Positions 46,672 through 56,174 of a DNA stretch of 64,000 nucleotides are shown in pieces (position 1 is the first letter of the stretch; each line of letters opens with the position of its first letter). Source of the stretch: a virus. Its lineage: Duplodnaviria; Caudoviricetes. The notes below the pieces were generated by a model. It made no database searches. It had not been told where the DNA came from and saw nothing but the letters and a program-made list of their open reading frames with translations. The translations under genes and the position numbers were made by a program. The DNA lies in IMG/VR virus record IMGVR_UViG_2904399447_000014, positions 25,007-89,006 of that record. One strand, written 5' to 3'.

Positions 46672-47040
46672 TTATCGGAGCATAGCAGGGGTGCAGTTGT
46701 AGATTTCCGCCAGCTTGGCTAGTGTGGCGGCCTGTGGGCGCTTAGAGCTTTCCAATTGAGACACGGAAGCCTGACTTACCCCCAGTTTTGCGGCAACATC
46801 CGCTTGGGATAAGTTGCGATAGATGCGCCATGCAGCCAGCAGGCTCACGTCTTCTCTGACTTTGATCCCAACGACAGCATGAGGAACTACGTCATCGTCA
46901 CTGCTATCTGCTGAGTATGGGACATCTTCAAACGCATCATCATCATTTTCGGCCGCTGCCATAAGGCGCTTATAGTCATCGATCGGTATTACGGCGTAAG
47001 CAACGTTGTCGTTGCTATCTTTCAGAAATTGGACGGACAT
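46672..47040 (-). CDS. HigA-like antitoxin with C-terminal XRE HTH
   Basis: YAVIPIDDY...LAAWRIYRNLSQADVAAKLGVSQASVSQLE. Confidence 0.88.
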   Translation of the reverse strand: MSVQFLKDSNDNVAYAVIPIDDYKRLMAAAENDDDAFEDVPYSADSSDDDVVPHAVVGIKVREDVSLLAAWRIYRNLSQADVAAKLGVSQASVSQLESSKRPQAATLAKLAEIYNCTPAMLR

Positions 47041-47152
47041 ATTTAAATCCTCGACTTCAGGAACAGTTCATAATTCTAACTTAATAAATCATACTTCATA
47101 CTTATTAAGTATTAATTTAACGGTATTGAGGGGGAGAATCCCCCTCACTCGC

Positions 47153-47413
47153 TTAGCTATATGTGTTTGTTGTCCGGCGCTTGACCATCAGTATTTTGAT
47201 GACCGTTGGCACCCCGTCGATAACTTCAAACAACACCCGGTAATCACCAACCCGCATCCTGTATTCGTTATCGCCATCTTTCATCTTTTTGATATCGAGG
47301 TTAACGGTGGGAAACCCTGTCAACTGGTCGACCTTCTCAAAGATTTTTCGCCTATACCGCACATCGATGCTATCCAACTGCTTCTCAGCGCGGCGTGACC
47401 AAACTATCTCCAT
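47153..47413 (-). CDS. RelE/ParE-superfamily toxin (HigB-like, toxin-first order)
   Basis: IVWSRRAEKQL, YRMRVGDYRVLF, RRTTNTY. Confidence 0.9.
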   Translation of the reverse strand: MEIVWSRRAEKQLDSIDVRYRRKIFEKVDQLTGFPTVNLDIKKMKDGDNEYRMRVGDYRVLFEVIDGVPTVIKILMVKRRTTNTYS

Positions 47414-47656
47414 ACGCCTTACCTTTCCCGTTCTTAAAGAGCATCGCCTTGCGATATGCGACCAATATAAGGTTTTGTATAAGGATATACAAGCATTATC
47501 TTATGTTAATGCTTATATTAATCTTATGTTGGTTGTGCGGGGGCAGCAACTGCAAGGGAAGTGATGGTTGGCTTTATAGCTCAGGCGCGCGATAGAGGCT
47601 CAATCTTATGGCTGCGTAGAAAAAGCCCACTTGGTGGGCTTGCATAGCTGGTGGCA

Positions 47657-47905
47657 TCACGCTCTTGGTCGCCGACCGATCTCATGCCAGATGTATGAGG
47701 AACTGCTTACGGTGCCCTGACAATGTTTGCAGCGATACTGCTTACGACCAAGCCCTCCCTTAAGCGAGTCTTCTTGAAACTCATGGTAGGGACAAGACTT
47801 GAGCTTATCGAAATTTGCTTTTACTTGAGCGGCTATTTGCCGCATCTCATCCCCGGAGATGCCAACAGCTTCCCCAATGACGTCCAAACCGTTTTTAGTA
47901 TGCAT
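47657..47905 (-). CDS. Small putative zinc-binding protein, 82 aa
   Basis: CPYH...YRCKHC; AGGA RBS; followed by hairpin 47619-47641. Confidence 0.6.
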   Translation of the reverse strand: MHTKNGLDVIGEAVGISGDEMRQIAAQVKANFDKLKSCPYHEFQEDSLKGGLGRKQYRCKHCQGTVSSSSYIWHEIGRRPRA

Positions 47906-47908
47906 GTT

Positions 47909-48052
47909 CTAATTTCCTATTATTTTCCGTTCGTTAGGAGCCAATGGTAGTGCCCCTCGAACAATCAGATAAATGGCTAAAAGGAAGCCGGGGGCCAGTG
48001 TGCTGCCTGCAATCGAAATACAGATTAAATAGTGTTCCATTTCAATAGTCAC
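47909..48052 (-). CDS. 47-aa hydrophobic peptide; not in ORF track
   Basis: GTG start with GGAGG; MTIEMEHYLICISIAGSTLAPGFLLAIYLIVRGALPLAPNERKIIGN; fills gap between dam and the 82-aa ORF. Confidence 0.55.
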   Translation of the reverse strand: MTIEMEHYLICISIAGSTLAPGFLLAIYLIVRGALPLAPNERKIIGN

Positions 48053-48067
48053 AGTGCCTCCATGCGG

Positions 48068-48940
48068 TTAGAAGGTAGCAATCAGATCGGCGGCATTCTT
48101 CCTGGTATCACCTTTGCAGCTAAGTGAACGTGGGGCATCAAGCTGGTGGATGGTCATTCCATGCTTGACGTACAGCTCAATGACGTTCGGCGCACGGCTA
48201 TTCGTGATAATGACGGCTGCGCCGCGCTGGTGGGCGGCTGCTAGGTGATTCATCAATGCTTCTTGATCTGCGAAGCTAAATCCACCCGATGAGTAAGTGG
48301 TAAACCCTTCCTTTCCGGGCAATGGTTCGTAAGGTGGATCGCAAAAGACCACATCACCGGCGCCAGCTTGGGCTATCGTGCTCTGAAAGTTTTGATGTGA
48401 GAATTTGCAGCGCGTTGAAACTGAATGACACGCCTTTATCTCGTCTACCGGCAGATAAGGGGACTTATACTTGCCGTAGCTTGTGTTAATGGCGCCAGCG
48501 AGGTTGTAACGCATCAGCCCGTTAAAGCAGTGTCGGTTGATAAAGATAAAGTGCGCAGCACGGGCCACCAGCGGCATGCTGAGCTTTTCAATATTGAACT
48601 GCTGGCGTACTGCGGCGAATCCCTCTGCGGTGTTCTTGGTACCAAATAGCTCCATCAACGCCGTAATTAACGCGTCGGGCGAAGACTGGATCACATGGTA
48701 GGCTGTGATTAGGTCATTGTTTATATCGCCGCATAGATATTCAGGGAAATCGAAGTTCATGAACACCGATCCCCCGCCAACAAACGGTTCAATCAGGCGC
48801 TTGCCGGCTGGAAGGAATTGGGCGATGGTTGGTAACACCGAGGATTTGCCCCCGGCCCATTTAAAAACAGAGCGTACAGGCTTTTCCCTGAGTGGGGCGC
48901 GTGCAGGCAACGTAATGGCAGAAGGGTAGGTTACTTCCAT
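48068..48940 (-). CDS. dam: Dam-family N6-adenine DNA methyltransferase
   Basis: KWAGGK, EPFVGGGSV, NRHCFNGL.RYN, DPPY; GATC specificity inferred. Confidence 0.93.
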   Translation of the reverse strand: MEVTYPSAITLPARAPLREKPVRSVFKWAGGKSSVLPTIAQFLPAGKRLIEPFVGGGSVFMNFDFPEYLCGDINNDLITAYHVIQSSPDALITALMELFGTKNTAEGFAAVRQQFNIEKLSMPLVARAAHFIFINRHCFNGLMRYNLAGAINTSYGKYKSPYLPVDEIKACHSVSTRCKFSHQNFQSTIAQAGAGDVVFCDPPYEPLPGKEGFTTYSSGGFSFADQEALMNHLAAAHQRGAAVIITNSRAPNVIELYVKHGMTIHQLDAPRSLSCKGDTRKNAADLIATF

Positions 48941-49860
48941 TCCGATTCCCCCCCAAACGCCGCTAATGTGTCGTTGATTACCTCTGCCACTGTTTCTGCC
49001 ATCAACAGGAAATCGGCGCGTTTACGAACGTCAGAGCCGCTCTCGTCCTCCTCCTGCATTTCATCGTTCATTTCCAAGAACAAGTCGGAGAACTTCAGCC
49101 GCTTGAACGAGCAGTCATCGGTCATCATGAAATTGACGTGGAATTTAGTGGCGTGGAACATGCTGAGGTTTGTGACCAGTTTGCCGCTCGATACTGTGGA
49201 CTCGATGGTGTCGCTACCCAATGGCTCATTTCGGAATGATGTTGTTCCACCTTCAGAGAGAATGCTTACCATGCGGGCATCGCACTCCCCCTGCATGTGT
49301 AGCGGCGCAGGCGCTTCCCCTACCTTCATCCATTCGGTCATTACCAGCTCGATAGGTTCTTTGGTGGTGATTGGCACTACCGGCAAAGAACCCAGCGTTT
49401 TTCGAAGCAATGCCAGCACATCTTCAGCGCGCTTAGCATTAGTGGTATCAACGATGATTCTCCCCTTATCCTGGTCAATCCAGAGCTGTGTCTCTACCTT
49501 TCGGGTGAATGCTCGAGGGAGTAGGTTTTGAAGGACTTCATCTTTAATTGTCGCGCGCTCTGCGTGCTTTAGCCTGCGGTGTTGCTCTTGCTCTAACTGG
49601 TTAACACGTTCGTTAACTTCGGATTTTAGGAAGTCGGGTGGAATGACCTTTTTCTCGGTCAGCATAGTGATCAGGATGTGGTTCTTCATCTGAAGCGAGA
49701 ATTGTTCTTTGCCATCGAGAGCCTTCCACCCGCTCCGGCTCATGTCGTGTGCTCCGCACGGCGTGAATGCCATTGCTTTCAGCTGCTCATTGAGATTTTC
49801 CGGCGCTATTGCCCCGGAGCGATGCAGATACACCACCGCATTTTTGAACAGGGTAAACAA
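48931..49860 (-). CDS. rdgC: RdgC-family recombination-associated protein (P1 hrdC equivalent)
   Basis: FKNAVVY, FTPCGAHDMSRSGW, LLPRAFTR, LLRKTLGSLPVVP, ADFLLM; TTG at 49860 with AGGAG. Confidence 0.93.
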   Translation of the reverse strand: MFTLFKNAVVYLHRSGAIAPENLNEQLKAMAFTPCGAHDMSRSGWKALDGKEQFSLQMKNHILITMLTEKKVIPPDFLKSEVNERVNQLEQEQHRRLKHAERATIKDEVLQNLLPRAFTRKVETQLWIDQDKGRIIVDTTNAKRAEDVLALLRKTLGSLPVVPITTKEPIELVMTEWMKVGEAPAPLHMQGECDARMVSILSEGGTTSFRNEPLGSDTIESTVSSGKLVTNLSMFHATKFHVNFMMTDDCSFKRLKFSDLFLEMNDEMQEEDESGSDVRKRADFLLMAETVAEVINDTLAAFGGESEWK

Positions 49861-49883
49861 AGGTTTCTCCTTGATGTTTTGTA

Positions 49884-49904
49884 AAACTAATTTCAAATTA
49901 GTTT
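49884..49904. promoter_or_regulatory. Putative repressor operator upstream of rdgC-dam
   Basis: Perfect palindrome AAACTAAT-TTCAA-ATTAGTTT. Confidence 0.68.
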
Positions 49905-50118
49905 AACAGAGTTAATGCTCGTTCACGTCAATTTTTATGCGGGTGGCGCTGGTGGATCTGTGAAAAGTCACCAGGTATGCGACGGTCATATTTGGGAGAA
50001 GGGCGCTTGGGGTGAGGCAAAGCAATTTGCCAAAGATAGTAAAGGGACTATCCTATAATGGCTTTTAAAATAGATAGTTAAATGGACAACTGCAATTTTT
50101 AGACTTAAGGAAGGTTTT

Positions 50119-50526
50119 ATGGCTGCGGAACAAAATAACTACATCTCACAGCAAAACGAACCAAGAAACTATACCAGCGAGGAGAAGATGATGATCATCC
50201 AGCTCGCAGCTGCTTTGTACACGCCGGAGCAAATTCAAACTCTTTGGAAAGAAATTTCAGCAATAAACGAGGAAATTGAGCATTTGAAAAGCGTGGAAGA
50301 CAGAGCAAAAAGTGAATATGACGCCGTTGAAAAACCGAGCGATACATATGATTTCGAAAGGAAGCAGATCAAGGGAACGATGCATGCAGCAAGTCGCAAA
50401 CGAGAAATACTTCAAAATGAAAACGATAATATAACTAAAAATCATCATCTTGTTGTAAAACTAAAATCCTTTGAGGAGGAAGTTAAGGCGCCATACGAAC
50501 CTAACGATGGAATGGTTGATTTGTAA
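50119..50526 (+). CDS. Hypothetical coiled-coil protein, 135 aa (stand-alone accessory gene)
   Basis: AAGGAAGG RBS, AT-rich, opposite strand to both neighbours. Confidence 0.7.
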   Translation: MAAEQNNYISQQNEPRNYTSEEKMMIIQLAAALYTPEQIQTLWKEISAINEEIEHLKSVEDRAKSEYDAVEKPSDTYDFERKQIKGTMHAASRKREILQNENDNITKNHHLVVKLKSFEEEVKAPYEPNDGMVDL

Positions 50527-50601
50527 ATCCAGGCACATGACTGAACAGAAGTTATCCACAAATTCTGTTGATAACCGCCGGACGCCGGCGGTTTATCGTA
50601 C

Positions 50602-51237
50602 TCAAGCTTTGTCAAAGGCTATCTGAGCACTTTTGAAGCTAATCTTCCCACCAGCGGTAAAATCCATATTGCCAGCCGCCTTCACGTCCACATCACTGGC
50701 AGCGACCAACGTCACTTTGCCACCCGCACTGATAAACGCATCGCTACTGCTGATCATATAGGATTGACCAGCCTCATTCATTCCAATGGTAGAGCCATCA
50801 TCGATACGAGTAATGGCATAACCACCACCAACAGAGCGCACCTCAAGCAGGCCGTTGCGTTTCAGTACCGCGTCCTTTGTTGAGTTGAGCTTTGGAGCTG
50901 GTGGAGCGCCTTCAACGTCTGGGGGCGTGTACTGGCCGCCCTGGCCCGAAGCCTCGGGAGGAACGTTAGGCACACCACCGGGCCAGTCTTGTGCCGCACC
51001 TATAATCATGGGCCGTCGTGAGTCGCCTTCATACGGAAACTCTACCCATACTAGATCGCCTGCAATGGTAGGGACAAAACCGCCCCCAATGGGTAGTAAG
51101 TATTCAGCCCAAGGCAGCGCCGAATCGGGCATATCATCCCACTCATGCATTAGGCGTATCTGTGCTTTCATCATCCCGCCCTGGTGCACGGTACTGACGA
51201 TTTTAGCTCGGCGTTTTCCAATGATTTTGTTATGCAC
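50602..51237 (-). CDS. 5: Baseplate central spike, P1 gp5-like
   Basis: LPWAEY, GDLVWVEFPY.GDSRRP.I.G OB-fold motif; beta-helix-like C-terminus. Confidence 0.88.
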   Translation of the reverse strand: MHNKIIGKRRAKIVSTVHQGGMMKAQIRLMHEWDDMPDSALPWAEYLLPIGGGFVPTIAGDLVWVEFPYEGDSRRPMIIGAAQDWPGGVPNVPPEASGQGGQYTPPDVEGAPPAPKLNSTKDAVLKRNGLLEVRSVGGGYAITRIDDGSTIGMNEAGQSYMISSSDAFISAGGKVTLVAASDVDVKAAGNMDFTAGGKISFKSAQIAFDKA

Positions 51238-52213
51238 CTTTCACTACTCCCAATATCATCCGACAAACGTAAGAGCGGCGGTCTTCATAGTGTGTCACCC
51301 CCATTATCACCATGCTGCTTTCTACTGACTCATCGAGTGAGCTATCAGTGTCATAGCGCTGAATAAGCACCGTGATCTGTTGGCCTACAGCCAAACTGGC
51401 ATTACCCTCACATTCCACATCGAGCTTCGGGATAATTGTCAGAGATAGGTTCATCAGAACTTCACGGTTGGCATCGGAAATCATCTTGATTGGGAACTCC
51501 TTTTTACCAATCGCGATATACCCCTCTGTCTCACTGTATGCAGAAAATCGATAACGAACCTTACTCAGATAGGCCTCATCCTGAGTTAGATGTCGTGCCT
51601 TGGTGAAAAGGTTCTCCGCAGATGGGTTGTTGGTTTCGTACTTGGCTACTGGCTTCAGTTTTTGCAGTGCCGACAATGTTCTAACACTCAGGGTACCCCG
51701 AGCAATCCAGGCACGGGCGCCGTGGTCGCGGGCTATCTTATCGATTAATGCCGAAGGTTTGGCGCCAGGCACAAGGTGATAGGTGGTCATCCGGTTAAAA
51801 GGATCTGCGACCAACTTCAGTTTTTCACCAGATAGCGCGCTTAACATATCTTTAGGGTTTTGGTCGACAAAGAACCGAGGCGATACCGTTTTCTGATGGA
51901 GCTGATGCAAAGCCTTTGGAATCGCAACAATGCGTACCGTATCGTTCGCGTAAGGGCAGGAAACGATGGTCATTTCATCGCTCCAGCTCATACCACCATC
52001 GCTGTCTCCCATGACGGCCACCAGCAGAGATCCCTCCTTCATTTTTTTCTCATTCATAAGCTGGTTGTTGACGTCACGAACATGCAATTCCAACGCCGGC
52101 GACTGCATATTCATGTGTTCAACATAAGCCGAAGTAGTGACCATTTCCCTGGGAACTTCAGCACCATCGATCACAACGGACTGAAGGAAAAACTGGTTAA
52201 GCTGTCCGGCCAT
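51230..52213 (-). CDS. 6: Baseplate hub, P1 gp6-like
   Basis: 327 aa, FFLQSV, TTYHL; synteny. Confidence 0.8.
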   Translation of the reverse strand: MAGQLNQFFLQSVVIDGAEVPREMVTTSAYVEHMNMQSPALELHVRDVNNQLMNEKKMKEGSLLVAVMGDSDGGMSWSDEMTIVSCPYANDTVRIVAIPKALHQLHQKTVSPRFFVDQNPKDMLSALSGEKLKLVADPFNRMTTYHLVPGAKPSALIDKIARDHGARAWIARGTLSVRTLSALQKLKPVAKYETNNPSAENLFTKARHLTQDEAYLSKVRYRFSAYSETEGYIAIGKKEFPIKMISDANREVLMNLSLTIIPKLDVECEGNASLAVGQQITVLIQRYDTDSSLDESVESSMVIMGVTHYEDRRSYVCRMILGVVKGA

Positions 52214-52214
52214 C

Positions 52215-52985
52215 TCAGTTCTCCTTCACGGCGGCAATTACGTTAGTTAGCGCACGGTGGGGGACAACGGCAAGTGCCCGTATCACGTCGACCGAGGCTG
52301 TTAGTGTCGTCTGTACTGCGAAAATACGGTCGTCACCGATCGGCGCCGAAATATCGGTAAAGGATAAATCGCGGCTATCGATAAGCGTTACATCCAGATC
52401 CAGCTCCACGAGGGCCAGTTTAACCGGCGCCGATAATGAACGGTGTTCAGAGAAGCGCAGCTGTACGCCTATCGTGTTGATCAGAAGGGATAGCGTTTCC
52501 TTTTCCGCCGCCAGCAGAGTAATTGTGTATGTAAGAGAAGCGTTTGTGGTATCGATCGCGGCGTAAGGCTGACCGTCCTTATCCTCAACGATGTTAAAGC
52601 CGTATGAATGCTTGAGATCCCGTTTTTGCTCTATAGGCATAAATGCAGTGTCAAAAGAGCGTGAAACGTTAATCACCGGTAAGGCCTGCTTATTCATAAC
52701 CGGTTTATTTGGCGCATTTTTCCAGCTGTCGGCTTTGCGGAGGGCACGCAAAAATTCGACTATATCGTCAAACTTACCGAGAACGACGCGATCAGCTGGT
52801 GGACTTTCTATGAACCGAACAAAGGCCGCGTTCTCAAGGGTTTCTGTGTTAATCGAGGCGCCGTCAAACATGCGGCTAATGTAGGTAGCGATAGCGTTAT
52901 CAGCTGATTGGAAGCCTGAAATTTCAAATTCGCCCGTTGGCTCCAGTCTCAGTTCGCGAAAGCGGGAGATAAGTTGTTCCATCAT
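52215..52985 (-). CDS. 24: Tail terminator/completion protein, P1 gp24-like
   Basis: TGEFEISGF..ADNA.A, LPVINVSR; synteny. Confidence 0.78.
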   Translation of the reverse strand: MMEQLISRFRELRLEPTGEFEISGFQSADNAIATYISRMFDGASINTETLENAAFVRFIESPPADRVVLGKFDDIVEFLRALRKADSWKNAPNKPVMNKQALPVINVSRSFDTAFMPIEQKRDLKHSYGFNIVEDKDGQPYAAIDTTNASLTYTITLLAAEKETLSLLINTIGVQLRFSEHRSLSAPVKLALVELDLDVTLIDSRDLSFTDISAPIGDDRIFAVQTTLTASVDVIRALAVVPHRALTNVIAAVKEN

Positions 52986-53794
52986 TGGGCCACCTCCGGC
53001 GTTCCCTCAAAGTTGCGGGCAGGGATACAGTAATACAACGAACCGACAGCTGCGGTTCCGTATGTGAATATTCGGTGGACATACCACCAGCAGCGTACTG
53101 TGGTTCCTTCAGACAGCGACTCGTTCCATTCGAGGATAGAACCTACAGGCACAAAGGCGCGGGCCGCAGGGTGGGGTTTACCGTTTTCATCTTCGCCGGT
53201 ATCGATAGCCTCCATTTGTGGCGCTATACGGAGCAGTAGAACGTCATCAACACCGCCGTCTTGCTCGCCGTCGTTATCCATTGCATTCAGGCCTGCACGT
53301 TCATCGGGACAATCCAATACAGCCACGGCTACGGGATCGCCATAGGTCAGCGTCTTCTGGTTGTTATTTAACTCGGTAAAACTCGGCTCTAATGGCTGAC
53401 CTTCATCGTCAAGCTCAACCTCTTCGGCATCACTTGGAACGAACAACAATGCATCAAAAGCGAAAGGGTCGGCCGCAATGGCCCGTTGCCAGTCTCGTCG
53501 CACCATGTCGTTAAACGCAGCGTGGCCGGAGTAGCGACTTTTTAATGCCTGGGCTGGGCGTGTAGAAATGCTATTGGGGATAGTGGCAGCAGATGGCAAA
53601 TCTGCGCCCTCAGCCGCCGCTGTGGGGCCGCTGTCATCAATGCCGCCAGCAGCATCACTGATGTCCGTGTAGGCCTGCTGTTCTGGTTCTGGCGCACTGG
53701 TGGGCGCCTCGGGAATAGGATTTGCCTCGATCGGCAGATTCTCTGGCAATTCTTCTTCATTTTCTGGTTCGAAAAATTCACTAAAGCGGCTCAA
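52982..53794 (-). CDS. 7: P1 gp7-like head-tail connector protein
   Basis: RY.GHA.FN, LDCPDE, VPVGS.LEW, WWYVHRIFTYGTA.VGSLYYC.P.R.FEG. Confidence 0.85.
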   Translation of the reverse strand: MSRFSEFFEPENEEELPENLPIEANPIPEAPTSAPEPEQQAYTDISDAAGGIDDSGPTAAAEGADLPSAATIPNSISTRPAQALKSRYSGHAAFNDMVRRDWQRAIAADPFAFDALLFVPSDAEEVELDDEGQPLEPSFTELNNNQKTLTYGDPVAVAVLDCPDERAGLNAMDNDGEQDGGVDDVLLLRIAPQMEAIDTGEDENGKPHPAARAFVPVGSILEWNESLSEGTTVRCWWYVHRIFTYGTAAVGSLYYCIPARNFEGTPEVAQ

Positions 53795-55008
53795 TGCTTA
53801 TTCCCCAATGTGGTCTTAATGTGGTGCTCGAAGGCTTTGGCGGCTGCCTCTGGTGTTTTGCCTGCCATTACCTGGGCGTCGATAAAAATCTGTCGTTGCA
53901 GCTTTAGTAGGTCAGTTACCTGGCGCTTGTATTGCTCCAATTCGTCCGAGCGCTGCTTCGCCTTGGCTTCGGCTACCTTCCTGCGAGCGCGTTCTTGCGC
54001 AGTTACCTGGCGGGCACGTGCCAGCTTTGTCCGGGCATTGCTGAGGGTGGCTTTGTCTTTGTCGGTGAGCTTGCTTTGCAGTGCGTCAATGCGCTTCTGA
54101 TAACGCTGGTATTCAGCGCGGACAGCGGCTTGGTTGGTTTTACCTTTCCTATTGCGATTGAGTTGCTTAATTTCGCTCTCGCTAAAGTATTCGTGGGTCT
54201 TTTTGCTATCGTCACCGAAGTGGTGGCCCTTTGATGCCTTGATCAGGGATTCGATAATGCGTGTTTGCCAACCAGCACCTTGCATACGGGTGAATGCGTG
54301 AATGATGTGCTTACAAGCTACCCCACGCAGGTTCGGGTTCTTAATTTTGGGGAAGACGTATTCTTTAGGAGGCGCGATAGTGAAGTTGCCGGCCGTGGCA
54401 ATATAGCGATACCAATACATGTAGCGGCCGCAGTCACAGTTAACGGAGGCACGGCCGGCCACCAATTTCCGAACCAGGCGCATTAAGGTGGCCCGATCAT
54501 TGGTTACGTTTTCGAGTGCATCCTCCCATTCTTCAAATCTAAGCTGCACCAGGTGGCTGGAGTCCAAAGAACGATTGGAAGCGGTCACGCGAATTTGGGC
54601 TATGTTATGTTTCAAGCCAATGAAGGAGGCAGACGAAATGCCTGAGCCATCATCAACATTGTTATTTGCCCTCTTAACGTCGATCGCCTGGGAGTGGGCC
54701 ACCAGCTGCCCATATGTGATACCAGGCTGAGTATTGGTGAACTTTTTCTTAGCCTCGCCCCGACTAGCCTCAAATCCTTTCAAATCATCCAGGGTGAAGA
54801 AAGTGCCGTCCTTCTTTTTTCCAAGCCCGATGACGTCCTCTAAGTGTTTGTTCTTCAGTAAGGATGGTGTGAGGTGCTTGCTCCCATTTCTCCGCCGGCG
54901 CGCCTGTGCACGTTCTTTCTGGATCTGGTCAAATAGGCGGGTAAATTGTTTCGGCGATAAGCCATCAGTGATGTATCGCCCGTTGTCGTCTTTCTTGAAA
55001 TCGGCCAC
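53791..55008 (-). CDS. 25: P1 gp25-like protein with SWIM-type zinc motif
   Basis: GKKKDGTFFT, CDCGR..YWYRY.ATAGN, P.L.GVACKH. Confidence 0.88.
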   Translation of the reverse strand: MADFKKDDNGRYITDGLSPKQFTRLFDQIQKERAQARRRRNGSKHLTPSLLKNKHLEDVIGLGKKKDGTFFTLDDLKGFEASRGEAKKKFTNTQPGITYGQLVAHSQAIDVKRANNNVDDGSGISSASFIGLKHNIAQIRVTASNRSLDSSHLVQLRFEEWEDALENVTNDRATLMRLVRKLVAGRASVNCDCGRYMYWYRYIATAGNFTIAPPKEYVFPKIKNPNLRGVACKHIIHAFTRMQGAGWQTRIIESLIKASKGHHFGDDSKKTHEYFSESEIKQLNRNRKGKTNQAAVRAEYQRYQKRIDALQSKLTDKDKATLSNARTKLARARQVTAQERARRKVAEAKAKQRSDELEQYKRQVTDLLKLQRQIFIDAQVMAGKTPEAAAKAFEHHIKTTLGNKH

Positions 55009-55020
55009 CGTTTCCCCCTG

Positions 55021-55359
55021 CTATAACGTTTGGGTTACGGGTAATTCGCCGGAATCCACGTAATGGCGAATCCGGTCACGAAGCCACGCAATTGACGGTA
55101 CGGCCAGTGTGGCGCCGATTGGTAGTGCCTCGTATTCAGCTTCAGTTCCGGCCAATAGTCTTACACACCACCGTAGCTCATGAGTACCCCAAATACGGTG
55201 GGCGATAAGGTCGGGGCGGTATTCTTCATCGGGTTTAATATCGTAACGCTGTAGGTCGATATCCTGGCTGGTGGATTTGCGGATCACTTCATTGTGAAGA
55301 TAAGCCCTGATGATAGGGTCTTCGATGCAGCGATCATCCAATCGGTTGTAAGTGCTCAT
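55021..55359 (-). CDS. 26: P1 gp26-like baseplate protein
   Basis: PDEEYRPDL.AHR.WG..ELRW. Confidence 0.88.
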   Translation of the reverse strand: MSTYNRLDDRCIEDPIIRAYLHNEVIRKSTSQDIDLQRYDIKPDEEYRPDLIAHRIWGTHELRWCVRLLAGTEAEYEALPIGATLAVPSIAWLRDRIRHYVDSGELPVTQTL

Positions 55360-56006
55360 AAGATAATCGTGTCCTTGTCATCCATTCTTTGACCTGCCAA
55401 GGTTTTAGCCGGCTCATGCTTCGCCTGGACTGACTGGGTGATCCAATCTGGGCCGTGTCTTGCTTCACTCCTGTCAGAATGGAGCGCACTCATCATGCGT
55501 TTGAAATAGCCGGCGCTGCCGACCGGTTGGTAGAAAGTGCCGTAACAACAAAGGATCGTCAGGATATGTTCTGGCCGCAGCTCCGCCCATGCGATGTTGT
55601 AGACTGGCTCCCCATTAGAGTTGTAGGACACGTCGACGATGGAGTGAGGGATATCGAACCGACTGGCACCATCTTTCGGTGTGATAATGGCATTGGTGCG
55701 CTTTAGCTCGTTGTACCGGTCGAGAGCGACAGATATTACGGGGTGACCGCCGTTATGCTTATCGCTGAGTCGAACGCGATTGGCGCCGGTGGCTTTCGAT
55801 ACGTCACCGGATACTTCGTCTACGAGCGAAACCATACCTTTGTTGACGTAAGCCGATAGAGAAGGGACAAGTTGACCGTTGATATCGGCTAGGTTAGGGG
55901 AGTATTTCGTCACGTTTCCCATAACCAGGACGTTATCTTTATAAACAGCCCTAAGCATTTGGGCACTTGGGCCTGAGAGAGTGGCGACGCAGATCGGTAA
56001 AACCAT
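55356..56006 (-). CDS. Conserved P1-like hypothetical protein, 216 aa
   Basis: RVRL.D...G.PV, I.W.E...EH.LT.LCC pattern recalled from a P1 pmg-class protein; overlaps gene 26 start. Confidence 0.65.
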   Translation of the reverse strand: MVLPICVATLSGPSAQMLRAVYKDNVLVMGNVTKYSPNLADINGQLVPSLSAYVNKGMVSLVDEVSGDVSKATGANRVRLSDKHNGGHPVISVALDRYNELKRTNAIITPKDGASRFDIPHSIVDVSYNSNGEPVYNIAWAELRPEHILTILCCYGTFYQPVGSAGYFKRMMSALHSDRSEARHGPDWITQSVQAKHEPAKTLAGQRMDDKDTIIL

Positions 56007-56026
56007 AATTCACCTTTTGCAGAAAG

Positions 56027-56048
56027 AAAAAAACCGCCCGGAGGCGGC
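56027..56048 (-). terminator. Intrinsic terminator 20 nt upstream of the 216-aa gene
   Basis: GCCGCC-TCCG-GGCGGT-T-run on minus strand. Confidence 0.75.
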
Positions 56049-56174
56049 TCATTTCTGCATGGGCATTCGGCTGTCGCGCTGAAATTGTGGTTTCGTGTCG
56101 AAAAGCAAAACCCCAAAACCGAACCGCCCTAAGCGAAAATTATATTAGTTTTACGCAACTAAAAAGTAAAGCAC

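Noticed and set aside
47487-47514. TTATGTTAAT resembling the XerD arm of a dif site
   Set aside because: No XerC-like arm at the 6-bp spacing
49905-50118. Possible tRNA genes where P1 has tRNAs near dmt
   Set aside because: No cloverleaf or T-loop (TTCGAA) signature found by eye
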